Assembly (NCBI GenBank): GCA_036395835.1
Contig: DASWCW010000273.1
Coordinates: 2,571 to 66,570 of the forward strand
Direction: 5' to 3'
Source of the DNA: Xanthobacteraceae bacterium
Lineage (GTDB): Bacteria; Pseudomonadota; Alphaproteobacteria; Rhizobiales; Xanthobacteraceae
Length of the DNA: 64,000 nucleotides
Part shown: positions 1 to 9,106 of the stretch, piece after piece
Layout: every line of letters starts with the position of its first letter
Position numbering within the stretch: the first letter of the stretch is position 1
Program-made: the position numbers and the translations under genes
Notes under the pieces: model-generated
Database searches by the model: none
Told to the model about the DNA's origin: nothing
What the model saw: only the letters and a program-made list of their open reading frames with translations

Positions 1-60
1 GCCACGGCCGCGAGGCTACGGGCATCCGCCGACTACGGCTCGCCGAAATGACCGTGCCGC

Positions 61-525
61 TCATATGTCGGCCGCTTTCGCCAGGAACAGCGATAGGATT
101 CCCCCGCCGGCGAGCGCGATGAGGAGCGGCTTGAGCCATGGACTTGCCGCGCTTTCTACCCGCGGCGGTGCCGTCAGTTCGCCGGAGTCGGTTCCGCTCG
201 CCAGCGGATCGAAGTTCCGCGCCGCCAGCAACTTGACGGGTGCCGCGCCGGCGATCGGCTTTGCTCCGCTCAGGCCGGTGGCCTGGCCGGGGCTCGGGTT
301 CGTTGCCGGATCGGCGGCGATTCGCGATTTCGCGCCGAGCCGATGTGTGCGCGACCGGGAGACCTTCTGTCCGGAGTAGCCGGGGCTGACGCGGTAAAGG
401 CTGCAGAGCACGGAATCTCGGTCGGCGCACTTTGCGCGATTGGGATGCGCAGCCTCGGCGGAGGGAACGGCAAATGCCAGGAACGCCGCCAGGGCCAGGC
501 CGATTCGCCACATGATCCGATGCAT
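61..525 (-). CDS. hypothetical exported protein (signal peptide, C-terminal hydrophobic anchor)
   Basis: ORF track 154 aa. The N-terminus MHRIMWRIGLALAAFLAFAVPSAEA is signal-like and the C-terminus has a LIALAGGGILSLFLA helix. A stress-type promoter motif lies upstream on the same strand (622-646). Confidence 0.5.
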   Translation of the reverse strand: MHRIMWRIGLALAAFLAFAVPSAEAAHPNRAKCADRDSVLCSLYRVSPGYSGQKVSRSRTHRLGAKSRIAADPATNPSPGQATGLSGAKPIAGAAPVKLLAARNFDPLASGTDSGELTAPPRVESAASPWLKPLLIALAGGGILSLFLAKAADI

Positions 526-621
526 CCCGGGTCCGCAACGCCGGCTTTTTCAGCGACATTGCCGAGAAAGCGCGCCGTTTTTGCTGGAAGAATGAATTTT
601 CGCGCCAGCGTGCGCAGCGAC

Positions 622-646
622 AACGCGCAACCGAAAGGACGGTTCC
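622..646 (-). promoter_or_regulatory. EcfG/general-stress-type promoter motif GGAAC-N16-CGTT
   Basis: The plus strand reads AACG (622-625), 16 nt, GTTCC (642-646), which is GGAAC-N16-CGTT on the minus strand. It lies 97 nt upstream of the CDS start at 525. Confidence 0.55.
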
Positions 647-740
647 GGAGAGATCGATCTTGCAATTGCGGCCGCGGTCCGCCCGCAGGGTTTAGTCCCC
701 GATTCGCCCCCGAATGCGCACAAAGCGCGCGTACAGATCC

Positions 741-765
741 GGAACCGGGGCAGGGTTGAAGCGTT
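741..765 (+). promoter_or_regulatory. EcfG/general-stress-type promoter motif GGAAC-N16-CGTT upstream of otsA
   Basis: GGAAC 741-745, 16-nt spacer, CGTT 762-765. The GGGAGG RBS and the otsA ATG at 796 follow. Confidence 0.65.
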
Positions 766-795
766 ACTACCCTCGCCTGGATCGGGAGGTTAGCA

Positions 796-2244
796 ATGAG
801 GCTGGTCATCGTCTCCAATCGCGTCGCGTGTCCGAAAGCGGACGAACCCATGGAAGGCGGATTGGCAGCCGCGCTACTCCCCGCAGTCAGGACTTCCGGA
901 GCGATCTGGGTCGGCTCGAGCGGCCGCTTCATGGATCCGGCGGACAAGGAGTCCTTCGCGAAGGTCGAGGCGCTCGGCACCGGCGCGGTCGCGACCATCG
1001 ACTTGCCGCGCGAGGCTTATCAGAAATTCTACGAAGGCTTTGCCAATTCGGCGCTGTGGCCGGTCCTGCACTCGCGCACCGACCTGATCCGCACCGATGT
1101 CGAGCAATACGCCGCATACCGCGAGATAAACTCGCTGATGGCGCGCGCCGTGCTGCGCTTCGCTCGGCCCGACGCCATGTTCTGGATCCACGATTACCAT
1201 TACCTGACGCTCGGCAGCGAATTGCGGCGCCTGGGCATCGATCAGCCGGTCGGCTTCTTCCTCCATACCCCGTTCCCTGTCCGCAACACAATGGTGAGCC
1301 TTCCGCATCATCGCGAGCTGGTGCGGGCCATGCTCTGCTACGACCTGATCGGGTTCCAGACCGAGGAGGACCTGGCGAATTTCGCCGATTACCTCCAGCA
1401 GGAGCTGGGCTTGACCGGCACGGATTCATTTACCACCCAGCAGGGCGTCACCCGGCTCGGCACGTTCCCGATCGGGATCGACGTCGAGAGCTTCGCCGAG
1501 CGTGCGGTCAAATCCGCGGCACGTCCGGAGGTGTCGCGGCTGCGCTCCAGCTTGCAGGGCGCCCGGCTGGTGATCGGGGTCGATCGGGTCGATTATTCCA
1601 AAGGCTTGCCGAACCGCTTGCGGGCTTTCGATCGCATGCTCCAGTTCCAGCCCGGGCTGAAACGGGCAGTCACGCTGCTGCAGATCGCGGTGCCCTCGCG
1701 CGCGCAGATCGACGCTTATCGACAGCTCCAGTCGGAGCTTGCGGCGCTCGTCGGCGACATCAACGGGCGTCATTCCGAGGTCGATTGGATTCCGATCCGA
1801 TATTTAAACAAGGGCCTGTCGCAAACGAAATTGGCGGGCTTCTATCGCACCGCGCGCGTCGGTCTCGTGACCTCCTTGAACGACGGCATGAACCTGGTCG
1901 CGAAGGAATACGTGGCGGCACAAAACCCGCTCGACCCCGGCGTGCTGGTGCTTTCGAAATTCGCCGGCGCCGCCAGGCAGCTCGATACCGCGCTGCTGGT
2001 CAATCCCCACGATATCGACGCGGTCGCGCGAGCGATCTCGAGCGGGCTGGCGATGGCGCACGACGAGCGCCGGGAACGCTGGGGCGTCATGATGGATACG
2101 CTGCGGTCTTCCTCGCTCAAGGTGTGGATGAACAACTTCGTGTCGGCGCTCACCGCCTCGCCGCGGACGTCGCGGTTCGGGCTGGCGCCGGATGTCAGCG
2201 TCGAGCCGCCACCCCGCCGCCGCGCGGAACTCACCGCGATTTAA
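796..2244 (+). CDS. otsA: alpha,alpha-trehalose-phosphate synthase (GT20)
   Basis: 482 aa. MRLVIVSNRVA... start, and GT20/OtsA-like sequence throughout (WIHDYHYLTLG, VDYSKGL, LNDGMNLVAKEY). RBS GGGAGG lies 7 nt upstream. Confidence 0.93.
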   Translation: MRLVIVSNRVACPKADEPMEGGLAAALLPAVRTSGAIWVGSSGRFMDPADKESFAKVEALGTGAVATIDLPREAYQKFYEGFANSALWPVLHSRTDLIRTDVEQYAAYREINSLMARAVLRFARPDAMFWIHDYHYLTLGSELRRLGIDQPVGFFLHTPFPVRNTMVSLPHHRELVRAMLCYDLIGFQTEEDLANFADYLQQELGLTGTDSFTTQQGVTRLGTFPIGIDVESFAERAVKSAARPEVSRLRSSLQGARLVIGVDRVDYSKGLPNRLRAFDRMLQFQPGLKRAVTLLQIAVPSRAQIDAYRQLQSELAALVGDINGRHSEVDWIPIRYLNKGLSQTKLAGFYRTARVGLVTSLNDGMNLVAKEYVAAQNPLDPGVLVLSKFAGAARQLDTALLVNPHDIDAVARAISSGLAMAHDERRERWGVMMDTLRSSSLKVWMNNFVSALTASPRTSRFGLAPDVSVEPPPRRRAELTAI

Positions 2245-2328
2245 CCTCACTGAATTCTCGAAGCCCGAACTTGCCGTGGGCCGAAGCCGTTGGGGGCCCG
2301 TGGCGTCGATGGCCGTATGCAACGATTT

Positions 2329-2502
2329 TCAGAAGCCGACCCCGAGGTAGCGCACCAGCGACAATATGCCGAGGATGATCACGATCACTCGCAGGATCTG
2401 CTTGAGCCGGCCCTCGATGGGAAGCAGGTTCACGAGGTAAAGCACGAGAAGGACCACGACGAACGTGATCAGAACGCCGATCAGGATCGACAGCGCCGAC
2501 AT
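2329..2502 (-). CDS. small two-helix membrane protein
   Basis: The internal ATG at 2502 gives MSALSILIGVLITFVVVLLVLYLVNLLPIEGRLKQILRVIVIILGILSLVRYLGVGF (57 aa, two hydrophobic helices). The ORF track offers a longer 2329-2595 form whose extra N-terminus looks non-membrane. Confidence 0.5.
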   Translation of the reverse strand: MSALSILIGVLITFVVVLLVLYLVNLLPIEGRLKQILRVIVIILGILSLVRYLGVGF

Positions 2503-2768
2503 GGATGCCCCCGTTTGATCGATGGTGCGGTCGAGTGTAGCACCAAACGCATTGCGCGCCGAAACCGGAGTTCCCATGCCGGGAATAATCGGCATGACGA
2601 AACCGAATTGAGAATAGGAGAGCCAAACGGGTACTGCCGGGCGGCAATTGCTCGGGGTGAGCCTGCCCCGGCAGGGAAACTCGGGCGCCCACGAGCCTCT
2701 TGGGCCGGATCGGCAGGCCGCAAATGCGCGCCGCTGACGGCATTGCGGCGTCCCGAGCCGGCTCCGGT

Positions 2769-3050
2769 CTACCCGGACTTCGCCGCGGCGCCGGCCGTCA
2801 GCTTAGAACCGGATCCTCGCGCGTCGATGGGATAGGCATCACGTCCATAGGTCCAGGCCGGGCGAAACAGGCGATCCTCGCCCTGCACCAGCACCTGAGC
2901 CTCGCGGCCGGCTTGACCGTCGCGCTCGGCAAAGTCGATTGCCACCTGCAGGGCTTCCCTCTTGGTTGGATACGGACCCGAGTAGCGATAGCCGGCGCGT
3001 ATTTTCCACTCGCCATTGCGCTTGGTGACGAAATATTGGGCACGAGGCAT
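2769..3050 (-). CDS. DUF2188 domain protein
   Basis: 93 aa. MPRAQYFVTKRNGEWKIRAGYRYSGPYPTKREALQVAIDFAERDG matches my recollection of the DUF2188 pattern (YHV.k..g.W.v...g....s.h.tk.eAi..A). Confidence 0.75.
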   Translation of the reverse strand: MPRAQYFVTKRNGEWKIRAGYRYSGPYPTKREALQVAIDFAERDGQAGREAQVLVQGEDRLFRPAWTYGRDAYPIDARGSGSKLTAGAAAKSG

Positions 3051-3535
3051 CGCGATTGTTCCTGTCGCTGAAGAGCAAGGACTGATGTAGCGATAACGCC
3101 GGCCGCGCCAAATCGTTCATCTGCAAGCAAAATTCGCCGCACGCCGTGCCGGACCGGCGCATGGCCGGTTGCTGCCCGAAATTGGCACGTTCGTTGCAAA
3201 AGCAACCCCGCTATGAATGCTCGCATAGCCATCCGGCTTGAGCCGGAGGTCGGATCGACGCCGAAGTGTGACAGGGCGTCCGGCGGCGCCGCTCGTTTTC
3301 GCCCCGGGCACACGGTGGTTGCTTCATACCTCAACGCCACCCAAGCGGCGCTTGGGGAAACGAAAACCACAGGAATCTGCAGCCGCTCGGCTTGCGCAAA
3401 AGGGCAGAATCTGGCCATGAAATCAACACGGTCTGCTGGTCAACGATCATAAAGTTGCTCGTCTTGTCGGCCAAAGGACACGACGCGCACCAAAAGAGCG
3501 GGGCGCAGCAGGCTCCGGAAGGGAAGGGGTTGACG

Positions 3536-3964
3536 ATGAAGTTGGGCGCTTTGCTCGGCGCGCTACTTATGTTGCTGGGCATTACATCGGCTTCAGCAAC
3601 GATTCGAATTCACGACGATCCCGGGGGTCGGATCGACAGATATCTCCAAAGATTCGCGAAGCTCCGGAATTCCGGCGAGCGCATCATCGTCGACGGAACC
3701 TGCAACTCGGCCTGCACGCTGCTGTTGGGAACCATACCGCGCAGCCGGATCTGCGTGACCGAGCGCGCAAGTCTCGGGTTCCATGCGGCTTGGGTGTTCG
3801 ACGGCCAAGGCAATCAAGTCGAGAGTCCGACGTGGACCAGCGTGCTTTGGCGCAACTACCCGCAAACGATCCGCACTTGGATCAAACGGAATGGCGGCCT
3901 CACGCCGCGCATGATTTTTCTTCGCGGCAATGAATTGATGGCGATGTATCCGCTCTGCACCTGA
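3536..3964 (+). CDS. hypothetical periplasmic protein
   Basis: The internal ATG at 3536 gives MKLGALLGALLMLLGITSASA signal peptide. The mature part contains IIVDGTCNSACTLLLG. The upstream part of ORF 3392-3964 is not signal-like. Confidence 0.55.
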   Translation: MKLGALLGALLMLLGITSASATIRIHDDPGGRIDRYLQRFAKLRNSGERIIVDGTCNSACTLLLGTIPRSRICVTERASLGFHAAWVFDGQGNQVESPTWTSVLWRNYPQTIRTWIKRNGGLTPRMIFLRGNELMAMYPLCT

Positions 3965-4100
3965 TCCCAGTGCTCGAGGGCCGCGCCGCATCGCCTGCCG
4001 CGAACGCGGCCCGTTGCGGATCACACAGAGGCTCTAGGGTAAAGCGGCTCTCATTCGGCTTCGCTTCCGCCTGCCGAATCGTCGCACGATACGACCTCTC

Positions 4101-4421
4101 TCACGTACTGGGCGGCGGCGCGAAAAAGCAGCGGCGGCTTCCATCCGCGCGTTTGCAGCGCCAGTACGCCCCGTCCGGGCTGGGCTGCGTTTCGCTGAAC
4201 GGCACGAGCTCGTTGTCATACTCCTTGAGTATGTAGCCGATGCCGTTCATGGAGACCTTTTCACCGGGTACGGTGAAGCAGTCGCCCGCTCCGCAGCACC
4301 ATTCGCCCGCGGCGTTTCGAAAGCCGCCACGGTTGATCCAAAGATCATGCGCGGATGCGAGCGAACCGATCGCCAACAACGCCCCAACCGAACCAACAAG
4401 TGCGATCGACCGCAGTGTCAT
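4101..4421 (-). CDS. small secreted Cys-containing hypothetical protein
   Basis: The ATG at 4421 gives MTLRSIALVGSVGALLAIGSLASA signal peptide. The mature protein is about 80 aa with 5 Cys (WCCGAGDC...WRCK...RRC). A stress-type promoter lies immediately upstream. Confidence 0.55.
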   Translation of the reverse strand: MTLRSIALVGSVGALLAIGSLASAHDLWINRGGFRNAAGEWCCGAGDCFTVPGEKVSMNGIGYILKEYDNELVPFSETQPSPDGAYWRCKRADGSRRCFFAPPPST

Positions 4422-4440
4422 GGCAGTACCTCTGCGTTCC

Positions 4441-4465
4441 AACGCGGCACTTACCTCGGGGTTCC
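4441..4465 (-). promoter_or_regulatory. EcfG/general-stress-type promoter motif GGAAC-N16-CGTT
   Basis: The plus strand reads AACG 4441-4444, 16 nt, GTTCC 4461-4465. It lies 20 nt upstream of the ATG at 4421, implying a short leader containing AGAGG. Confidence 0.55.
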
Positions 4466-4540
4466 TGGATCGGCATACCGGCTGCTGTCTCACAATCAGA
4501 TCACGAGCCGGTGCGGTCGTCGCGGCCGCAAGCGGGGCGT

Positions 4541-4565
4541 GGAACTTCATACGCGCGCCGGCGTT
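4541..4565 (+). promoter_or_regulatory. EcfG/general-stress-type promoter motif GGAAC-N16-CGTT
   Basis: GGAAC 4541-4545, 16-nt spacer, CGTT 4562-4565. It is divergent from the 4441-4465 motif and lies 69 nt upstream of the ATG at 4634. Confidence 0.55.
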
Positions 4566-4633
4566 TGGATATGCGGATGAGTGCATCCGCGCCGAAGGAG
4601 ACTCTTCGAAGGAGATTCTTAAGGAGATTCTTC

Positions 4634-4975
4634 ATGGCGAGATCGCCCGCCGCGCCGGGTACTCGAGCAGGAAGGGACCGGGGCCTGCGGTGTGTGACGC
4701 TTGCGGTTGCGGCCGTGTATTGGCTGCCGATCCCGCCGGTGGCCTATGCGGCCGAACCTCCGGGATCCGCGGCCGAGCGCGGCAAACAGCCGTCTACCGA
4801 TTCCGGACCGTCCGGCAATCTCAGCGAACAGCTGAAGCGATCCGAAGGCGTGATCAAGCCGCCCGAGAATGTCGATCCCGGGTTGCAGAAAAAGCCGCCC
4901 GACGATTCCGGCAAGATGCCGGTCATTCCGCCGCCGGGCAGTCCGGGCGGCGACCCGAGCGTCAAGCCGAAATAA
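4634..4975 (+). CDS. small secreted Pro/Gly-rich hypothetical protein
   Basis: ATG at 4634 is preceded by AAGGAG (4621-4626). MARSPAAPGTRAGRDRGLRCVTLAVAAVYWLPIPPVAYA is signal-like, possibly Tat-like. The mature part is PPENVDPGLQKKPPDDSGKMPVIPPPGSPGGDPSVKPK. Confidence 0.55.
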   Translation: MARSPAAPGTRAGRDRGLRCVTLAVAAVYWLPIPPVAYAAEPPGSAAERGKQPSTDSGPSGNLSEQLKRSEGVIKPPENVDPGLQKKPPDDSGKMPVIPPPGSPGGDPSVKPK

Positions 4976-4993
4976 CAGCGAACAACGCGCCGA

Positions 4994-5620
4994 TCACGCG
5001 GCGTCCCGGAGCGCCTGCTTGCACATGCGCAGGTCTCCGACAAAACGCCTATATTCCTGCTCATTGTCCTGGCGTTCGATGATGCGCAGCAGATACGAAG
5101 GATGGATGGTCACCGCCAACCGCATGCCGTCCCCGGCCTGAAGAATCTTCCCGCGAACGGAAGTGATCGATACGGTGCGACCGAGCAGGCTGCGGGCGGC
5201 GGTGGCCCCCAGGGCGACCACGAGTTCCGGCTTGACGATCGCGCGCTCGAGATCGTTCCACCACCGGCAGCGTTCGATCTCGTAGGCGTTCGGCCGCTTG
5301 TGCAGCCGGCGCTTGCCGCGCAGCTCGAACTTGAAATGCTTCACCGCGTTGGTGACGAACACCTTGTTGCGGTCGAGTCCCGCGTCCGCCAGGGCCCGGT
5401 CCAGCATACGGCCTGCCGGTCCGACGAACGGCTTGCCGGCGATGTCCTCGTCGGTTCCCGGCTGCTCGCCGACCAGCATCAGTGCCGCCGAAGTCGGGCC
5501 CTCCCCGGGAACGACCTGCGTGGCATTGCGATAGAGCGGACAGCGCGTGCATTGGGCTTCAGCGTCGCGAAGCTTGCGCAACGAGGTGATCTCGGCGGCT
5601 TCCATGCTCGAAGGGCCCAT
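4994..5620 (-). CDS. family 4 uracil-DNA glycosylase, UdgX-like
   Basis: Fe-S type CTRCPLY motif, motif A GEQPG, motif B HPSYLLR, and an inserted KRRLHKRP loop matching the KRRIH loop of Mycobacterium smegmatis UdgX. Start chosen at MGPSSMEAAE (5620); ORF track 4994-5740. Confidence 0.8.
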   Translation of the reverse strand: MGPSSMEAAEITSLRKLRDAEAQCTRCPLYRNATQVVPGEGPTSAALMLVGEQPGTDEDIAGKPFVGPAGRMLDRALADAGLDRNKVFVTNAVKHFKFELRGKRRLHKRPNAYEIERCRWWNDLERAIVKPELVVALGATAARSLLGRTVSITSVRGKILQAGDGMRLAVTIHPSYLLRIIERQDNEQEYRRFVGDLRMCKQALRDAA

Positions 5621-5787
5621 GTTGCGCGTCGCCTCGCCGATCCCGCTGCCGTCCAGCAAAACCGCAGGTCGCGCGCAGGGTTCCTCGACCGAGGTTCGAG
5701 CCCGGTGCGGTGAGCAGCCACTCGGACCGAGGAACTGCAATTGCTACAGTGCTCCCGCAATTTGCGGCAGTGGTGAGGAAAGCGAAC

Positions 5788-7146
5788 ATGGGCGCGTGGC
5801 CGCTGCTGGTGATGGCTGTGCTGGCGATGGCGCCCGTTGCCGCTTCCGCCCAGCCTGCCGCAGAGGTGCAAGCGCTCCTGACCGGCAGGGCCGCGATGGG
5901 GGACTGGCGCTCCGATGTTCCCGGGGTACGCCGGCGCATCACATCGGCCGACTTGCCGGCACCCTACGCCACGCCATCGGCCGGCAATGGCCCGCGGGTC
6001 GTGCCGCGGCCGCCGTCCGCCTCTCCGCGAGTTCCGCGGGGCTTTCGTGTCGAGCGCCTGCCGGTGGAACTCGACGCGCCGCGCATCGTGCGCGTCGCTC
6101 CGAACGGGGATATTTTCATAGCGGAGACGCAGGCCGGACGGATCCGGGTGCTGCGCACTCCGGAGGGCGCAACCAGGCCCGATCGGATCGAAACCTTCGC
6201 GTCGCGGCTCAACGAACCGTTCGGGCTGGCGTTCTATCCTCCCGGTGCCGACCCGGAATGGCTCTACGTCGCCGACACCGACGCGGTGCTGCGCTTTCCT
6301 TACCGCAGCGGCGACTTGAACGCGCGTGGCGATGCGGACGTGGTGGTCCCGAATCTGCCACGCGGGCGCGGTCATTCGACGCGCGACATCGCCTTTTCGC
6401 GCAACGGCAAGCAGATGTTCGTCTCGGTCGGATCCGCATCCAACGATGCCGAAGCCATGCCGAGGCTCAGTGCAGCCGAGATCAAGAATTGGGAAGCGCG
6501 GCATGGATTGGGCGCCGCGTGGGGTCGCGAGACCGACCGGGCCGCGGTTCTCGTCTTCGATCCCGACGGCAAGCACGGTCGGGTGTTCGCCGCCGGCATC
6601 AGGAATTGCGTCGGGCTTGCGGTCGATCCCGCGAGCGGCGAATTGTGGTGCTCCACCAACGAGCGGGATGACCTCGGAGACGACCTCGTTCCGGACTATG
6701 TCACGCGCGTGCGCGACGGCGGCTTCTACGGTTGGCCTTGGTACTACCTCGGCGCCAACGAAGATCCCCGGCATCGCGGCGCGCGCCCGGACCTCAAGGA
6801 CAAGGTGACCCTACCCGATGTGCTGCTGCAATCGCATTCGGCCTCGATGCAGATGACGTTCTACGATGGCGGGCAATTCCCAGCCGAATATCGCGGCAAT
6901 ATCTTTGCCGCGGAGCACGGTTCCTGGAACCGCAGCAGACGCACCGGATACAAGGTCATCTGGGCGCCGGTGCAGAACGGAATCCCGACCGGCGAGTACG
7001 TCGATTTCATGACTGGGTTCGTGGCCAACGACAGGAACGTGTGGGGCCGTCCCGTCGGCGTCGCGATGGCGCGCGACGGCTCGCTGCTCGTGACCGAGGA
7101 CGGCAACGGCAGCATCTGGCGAATTTGGTACGACGGCCGGGATTGA
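5788..7146 (+). CDS. PQQ-dependent sugar (sorbosone-type) dehydrogenase, periplasmic
   Basis: The ATG at 5788 follows GAGGAA and gives MGAWPLLVMAVLAMAPVAASA signal peptide. Beta-propeller family sequence is present (RDIAFSRNGKQMFVSVGSASN, CSTNERDDLGDDLVPDY, GFYGWPWYY). Confidence 0.8.
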   Translation: MGAWPLLVMAVLAMAPVAASAQPAAEVQALLTGRAAMGDWRSDVPGVRRRITSADLPAPYATPSAGNGPRVVPRPPSASPRVPRGFRVERLPVELDAPRIVRVAPNGDIFIAETQAGRIRVLRTPEGATRPDRIETFASRLNEPFGLAFYPPGADPEWLYVADTDAVLRFPYRSGDLNARGDADVVVPNLPRGRGHSTRDIAFSRNGKQMFVSVGSASNDAEAMPRLSAAEIKNWEARHGLGAAWGRETDRAAVLVFDPDGKHGRVFAAGIRNCVGLAVDPASGELWCSTNERDDLGDDLVPDYVTRVRDGGFYGWPWYYLGANEDPRHRGARPDLKDKVTLPDVLLQSHSASMQMTFYDGGQFPAEYRGNIFAAEHGSWNRSRRTGYKVIWAPVQNGIPTGEYVDFMTGFVANDRNVWGRPVGVAMARDGSLLVTEDGNGSIWRIWYDGRD

Positions 7147-7172
7147 GAGCTGCGGGCTGGCGTCAGGCGAAG

Positions 7173-7197
7173 GGAACAGTCCTGCGCGCGCCGCGTT
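7173..7197 (+). promoter_or_regulatory. EcfG/general-stress-type promoter motif GGAAC-N16-CGTT
   Basis: GGAAC 7173-7177, 16-nt spacer, CGTT 7194-7197. It lies 31 nt upstream of the small ORF at 7228. Confidence 0.6.
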
Positions 7198-7227
7198 TAT
7201 TAGATTCTCCGGCACCGGGAGATCTCG

Positions 7228-7380
7228 ATGCTCTCCACCATTCTCCTCATCATTCTGATTCTTCTGCTGGTTGGTGCGCTTCCGCGATGGGGTTACCACA
7301 GGCGCGGTTATGGACCGAGCGGGCTGATCGGGCTCGTTCTTGTCATCATTCTGATCCTGGCGCTACTGCACCGGATCTGA
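7228..7380 (+). CDS. DUF3309-like small membrane protein (50 aa; below the ORF-track size cut-off)
   Basis: My translation is MLSTILLIILILLLVGALPRWGYHRRGYGPSGLIGLVLVIILILALLHRI, followed by a stop. It has two hydrophobic helices flanking a basic loop, as in DUF3309. A stress promoter lies upstream. Confidence 0.7.
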   Translation: MLSTILLIILILLLVGALPRWGYHRRGYGPSGLIGLVLVIILILALLHRI

Positions 7381-7457
7381 GCCGGCAGCGCACCGGCCGT
7401 TGCAGCCGTCATATCGGTCGGCGAACTGGCCGAGGAAGCGCGCGGCTTGGCTGCCGG

Positions 7458-7483
7458 GGAACCATTCGGGATCGACTGACGTT
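7458..7483 (+). promoter_or_regulatory. EcfG/general-stress-type promoter motif GGAAC-N17-CGTT
   Basis: GGAAC 7458-7462, 17-nt spacer, CGTT 7480-7483. It lies 91 nt upstream of the protease ATG at 7574. Confidence 0.6.
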
Positions 7484-7573
7484 CAGGACCAGCATAGCGC
7501 CTGCTTTGTCATGCGACGGCCGCTGGCGAGATTTTCGGGGATCGCGGGTGCCGGTTCCGAGGGAGAACAGCCC

Positions 7574-9076
7574 ATGATTCGCCAGGTCAAATCCGGTGCC
7601 GAGCTGGCTCGCGCTCCCGCGGCCAATCGGCGATTCGGCTGCGCCTCGGCTTTGACCCTCGCGATTGCCGCCGTCGCGGCAATTTCGATCCCCGGCTATC
7701 CGGGACCCGCATTTGCCGCCGAAGTCAATGCGCATGGCGCGCCGCACCCGGTCGGTTTTGCCGATATCGCCGCAAAGGTGAAATCGGCGGTGATCGGCGT
7801 GCGCGTGAAGGTGGAGAGCACGCAATCGCAGATGCCCGACCAGGAGCTTCCGTTCCCTCCCGGCTCGCCGTTCTACAAATTCTTCGGAACTCCGGATCAA
7901 AACCCGCAAAAGCGCCGATTCGGCACCGCTCTGGGCTCCGGTTTCTTCATCTCGTCCGATGGCTATGCGGTGACCAACAACCACGTGGTCGAAAACGGCC
8001 GGAATTTCGAGATCACGACGGACGACGGCAAGACCTACTCGGCCAAGGTGATCGGCACGGATTCGAAGACCGACGTCGCGCTGATCAAGGTGGACGGCCG
8101 CAATGATTTCTCCTACGTCCAATTCTCGAGCACCGAGCCGCGGGTCGGCGATTGGGTGCTCGCGATCGGCAATCCGTTCGGGCTCGGCGGCACCGTCACC
8201 GCCGGCATCGTCTCGGCCCGCGGGCGCGACATCGGTGCGGGATCGTTCGACGATTTCATCCAGATCGATGCGCCGGTCAACAAGGGCAATTCCGGCGGCC
8301 CGACTTTCGACATGCAGGGCGATGTGATCGGGGTCAATGCCGCGATTTTCTCGCCGTCGGGGGGCTTCATCGGCATCGCTTTCGCAATTCCCGCCGATAC
8401 CGTGAAGATCGTGGTGGAGCAGCTCAAGGAGAGAGGATCGGTCGCCCGCGGCTGGCTCGGCGTGCAGATTCAGACCGTCACGCCCGAGATCGCCGAAAGC
8501 CTCGGGCTCAAGAAAGCCGAAGGTGCTCTGGTGGCCGAGCCGCAGCCCGGCACGCCGGCGATCAAAGCCGGAATCAAATCGGGCGACATCATCACCTCGC
8601 TGGACGATCAGCCGGTGAAGGATTCGCGCGATCTCGCCAGAAAGATCGCTGGCTTGCCGCCCGGGACCTCGATCAAGCTCGGCACCGTGCGCGGCGGCCA
8701 ACCCAAGACCCTGACGGTGACGCTCGGCGAGCTTCCGAACACGCCGGCCCGCGCCGAATCCAAACAGCAGCCGAGCGAGCGGCCGAATGCTCCGAGCGAA
8801 GAGATCGGCCTCGGGCTGTCGCTCGCCCCGGCCCGCAAGGTCGCGGGCGCCGGCAACCAGGGAGTGGTCGTGACCCAGGTCGACCCCGGCGGGAACGCCG
8901 CGGACAGCGGCCTCGAAGCCGGCGACGTGATCCTGGACGTCGGCGGAAAGGTGGTGAACACGCCGAGCGACGTGCGCAACGCAGTCAATGAGGCCCGCGG
9001 TCGCTCGAAGCACACGGTGCTGCTGCGCGTCAAAACCGGGCAGAATATCCGGTTCGTCACCGTCCCGGTCGGCTGA
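7574..9076 (+). CDS. Do/DegP/HtrA-family periplasmic serine endopeptidase with two PDZ domains
   Basis: Catalytic triad contexts VTNNHVV, DVALIKV and GNSGGP. There are two PDZ-like segments. Start MIRQVKSG at 7574 follows GAGGGAGAA, and the N-terminal part of ORF 7400-9076 is unlikely to be coding. Confidence 0.92.
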   Translation: MIRQVKSGAELARAPAANRRFGCASALTLAIAAVAAISIPGYPGPAFAAEVNAHGAPHPVGFADIAAKVKSAVIGVRVKVESTQSQMPDQELPFPPGSPFYKFFGTPDQNPQKRRFGTALGSGFFISSDGYAVTNNHVVENGRNFEITTDDGKTYSAKVIGTDSKTDVALIKVDGRNDFSYVQFSSTEPRVGDWVLAIGNPFGLGGTVTAGIVSARGRDIGAGSFDDFIQIDAPVNKGNSGGPTFDMQGDVIGVNAAIFSPSGGFIGIAFAIPADTVKIVVEQLKERGSVARGWLGVQIQTVTPEIAESLGLKKAEGALVAEPQPGTPAIKAGIKSGDIITSLDDQPVKDSRDLARKIAGLPPGTSIKLGTVRGGQPKTLTVTLGELPNTPARAESKQQPSERPNAPSEEIGLGLSLAPARKVAGAGNQGVVVTQVDPGGNAADSGLEAGDVILDVGGKVVNTPSDVRNAVNEARGRSKHTVLLRVKTGQNIRFVTVPVG

Positions 9077-9106
9077 GCCGGAAGGCGAGCGGGCCGGCGC
9101 CGGCGG

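Noticed and set aside
84-2230. GGAAC pentamers inside coding sequence (84-88, 464-468, 480-484, 2073-2077, 2226-2230)
   Set aside because: I checked positions +16 and +17 and none is followed by CGTT. They serve as an informal negative control. I scanned coding DNA this way only for the first 3 kb, so intragenic exact motifs elsewhere cannot be excluded.
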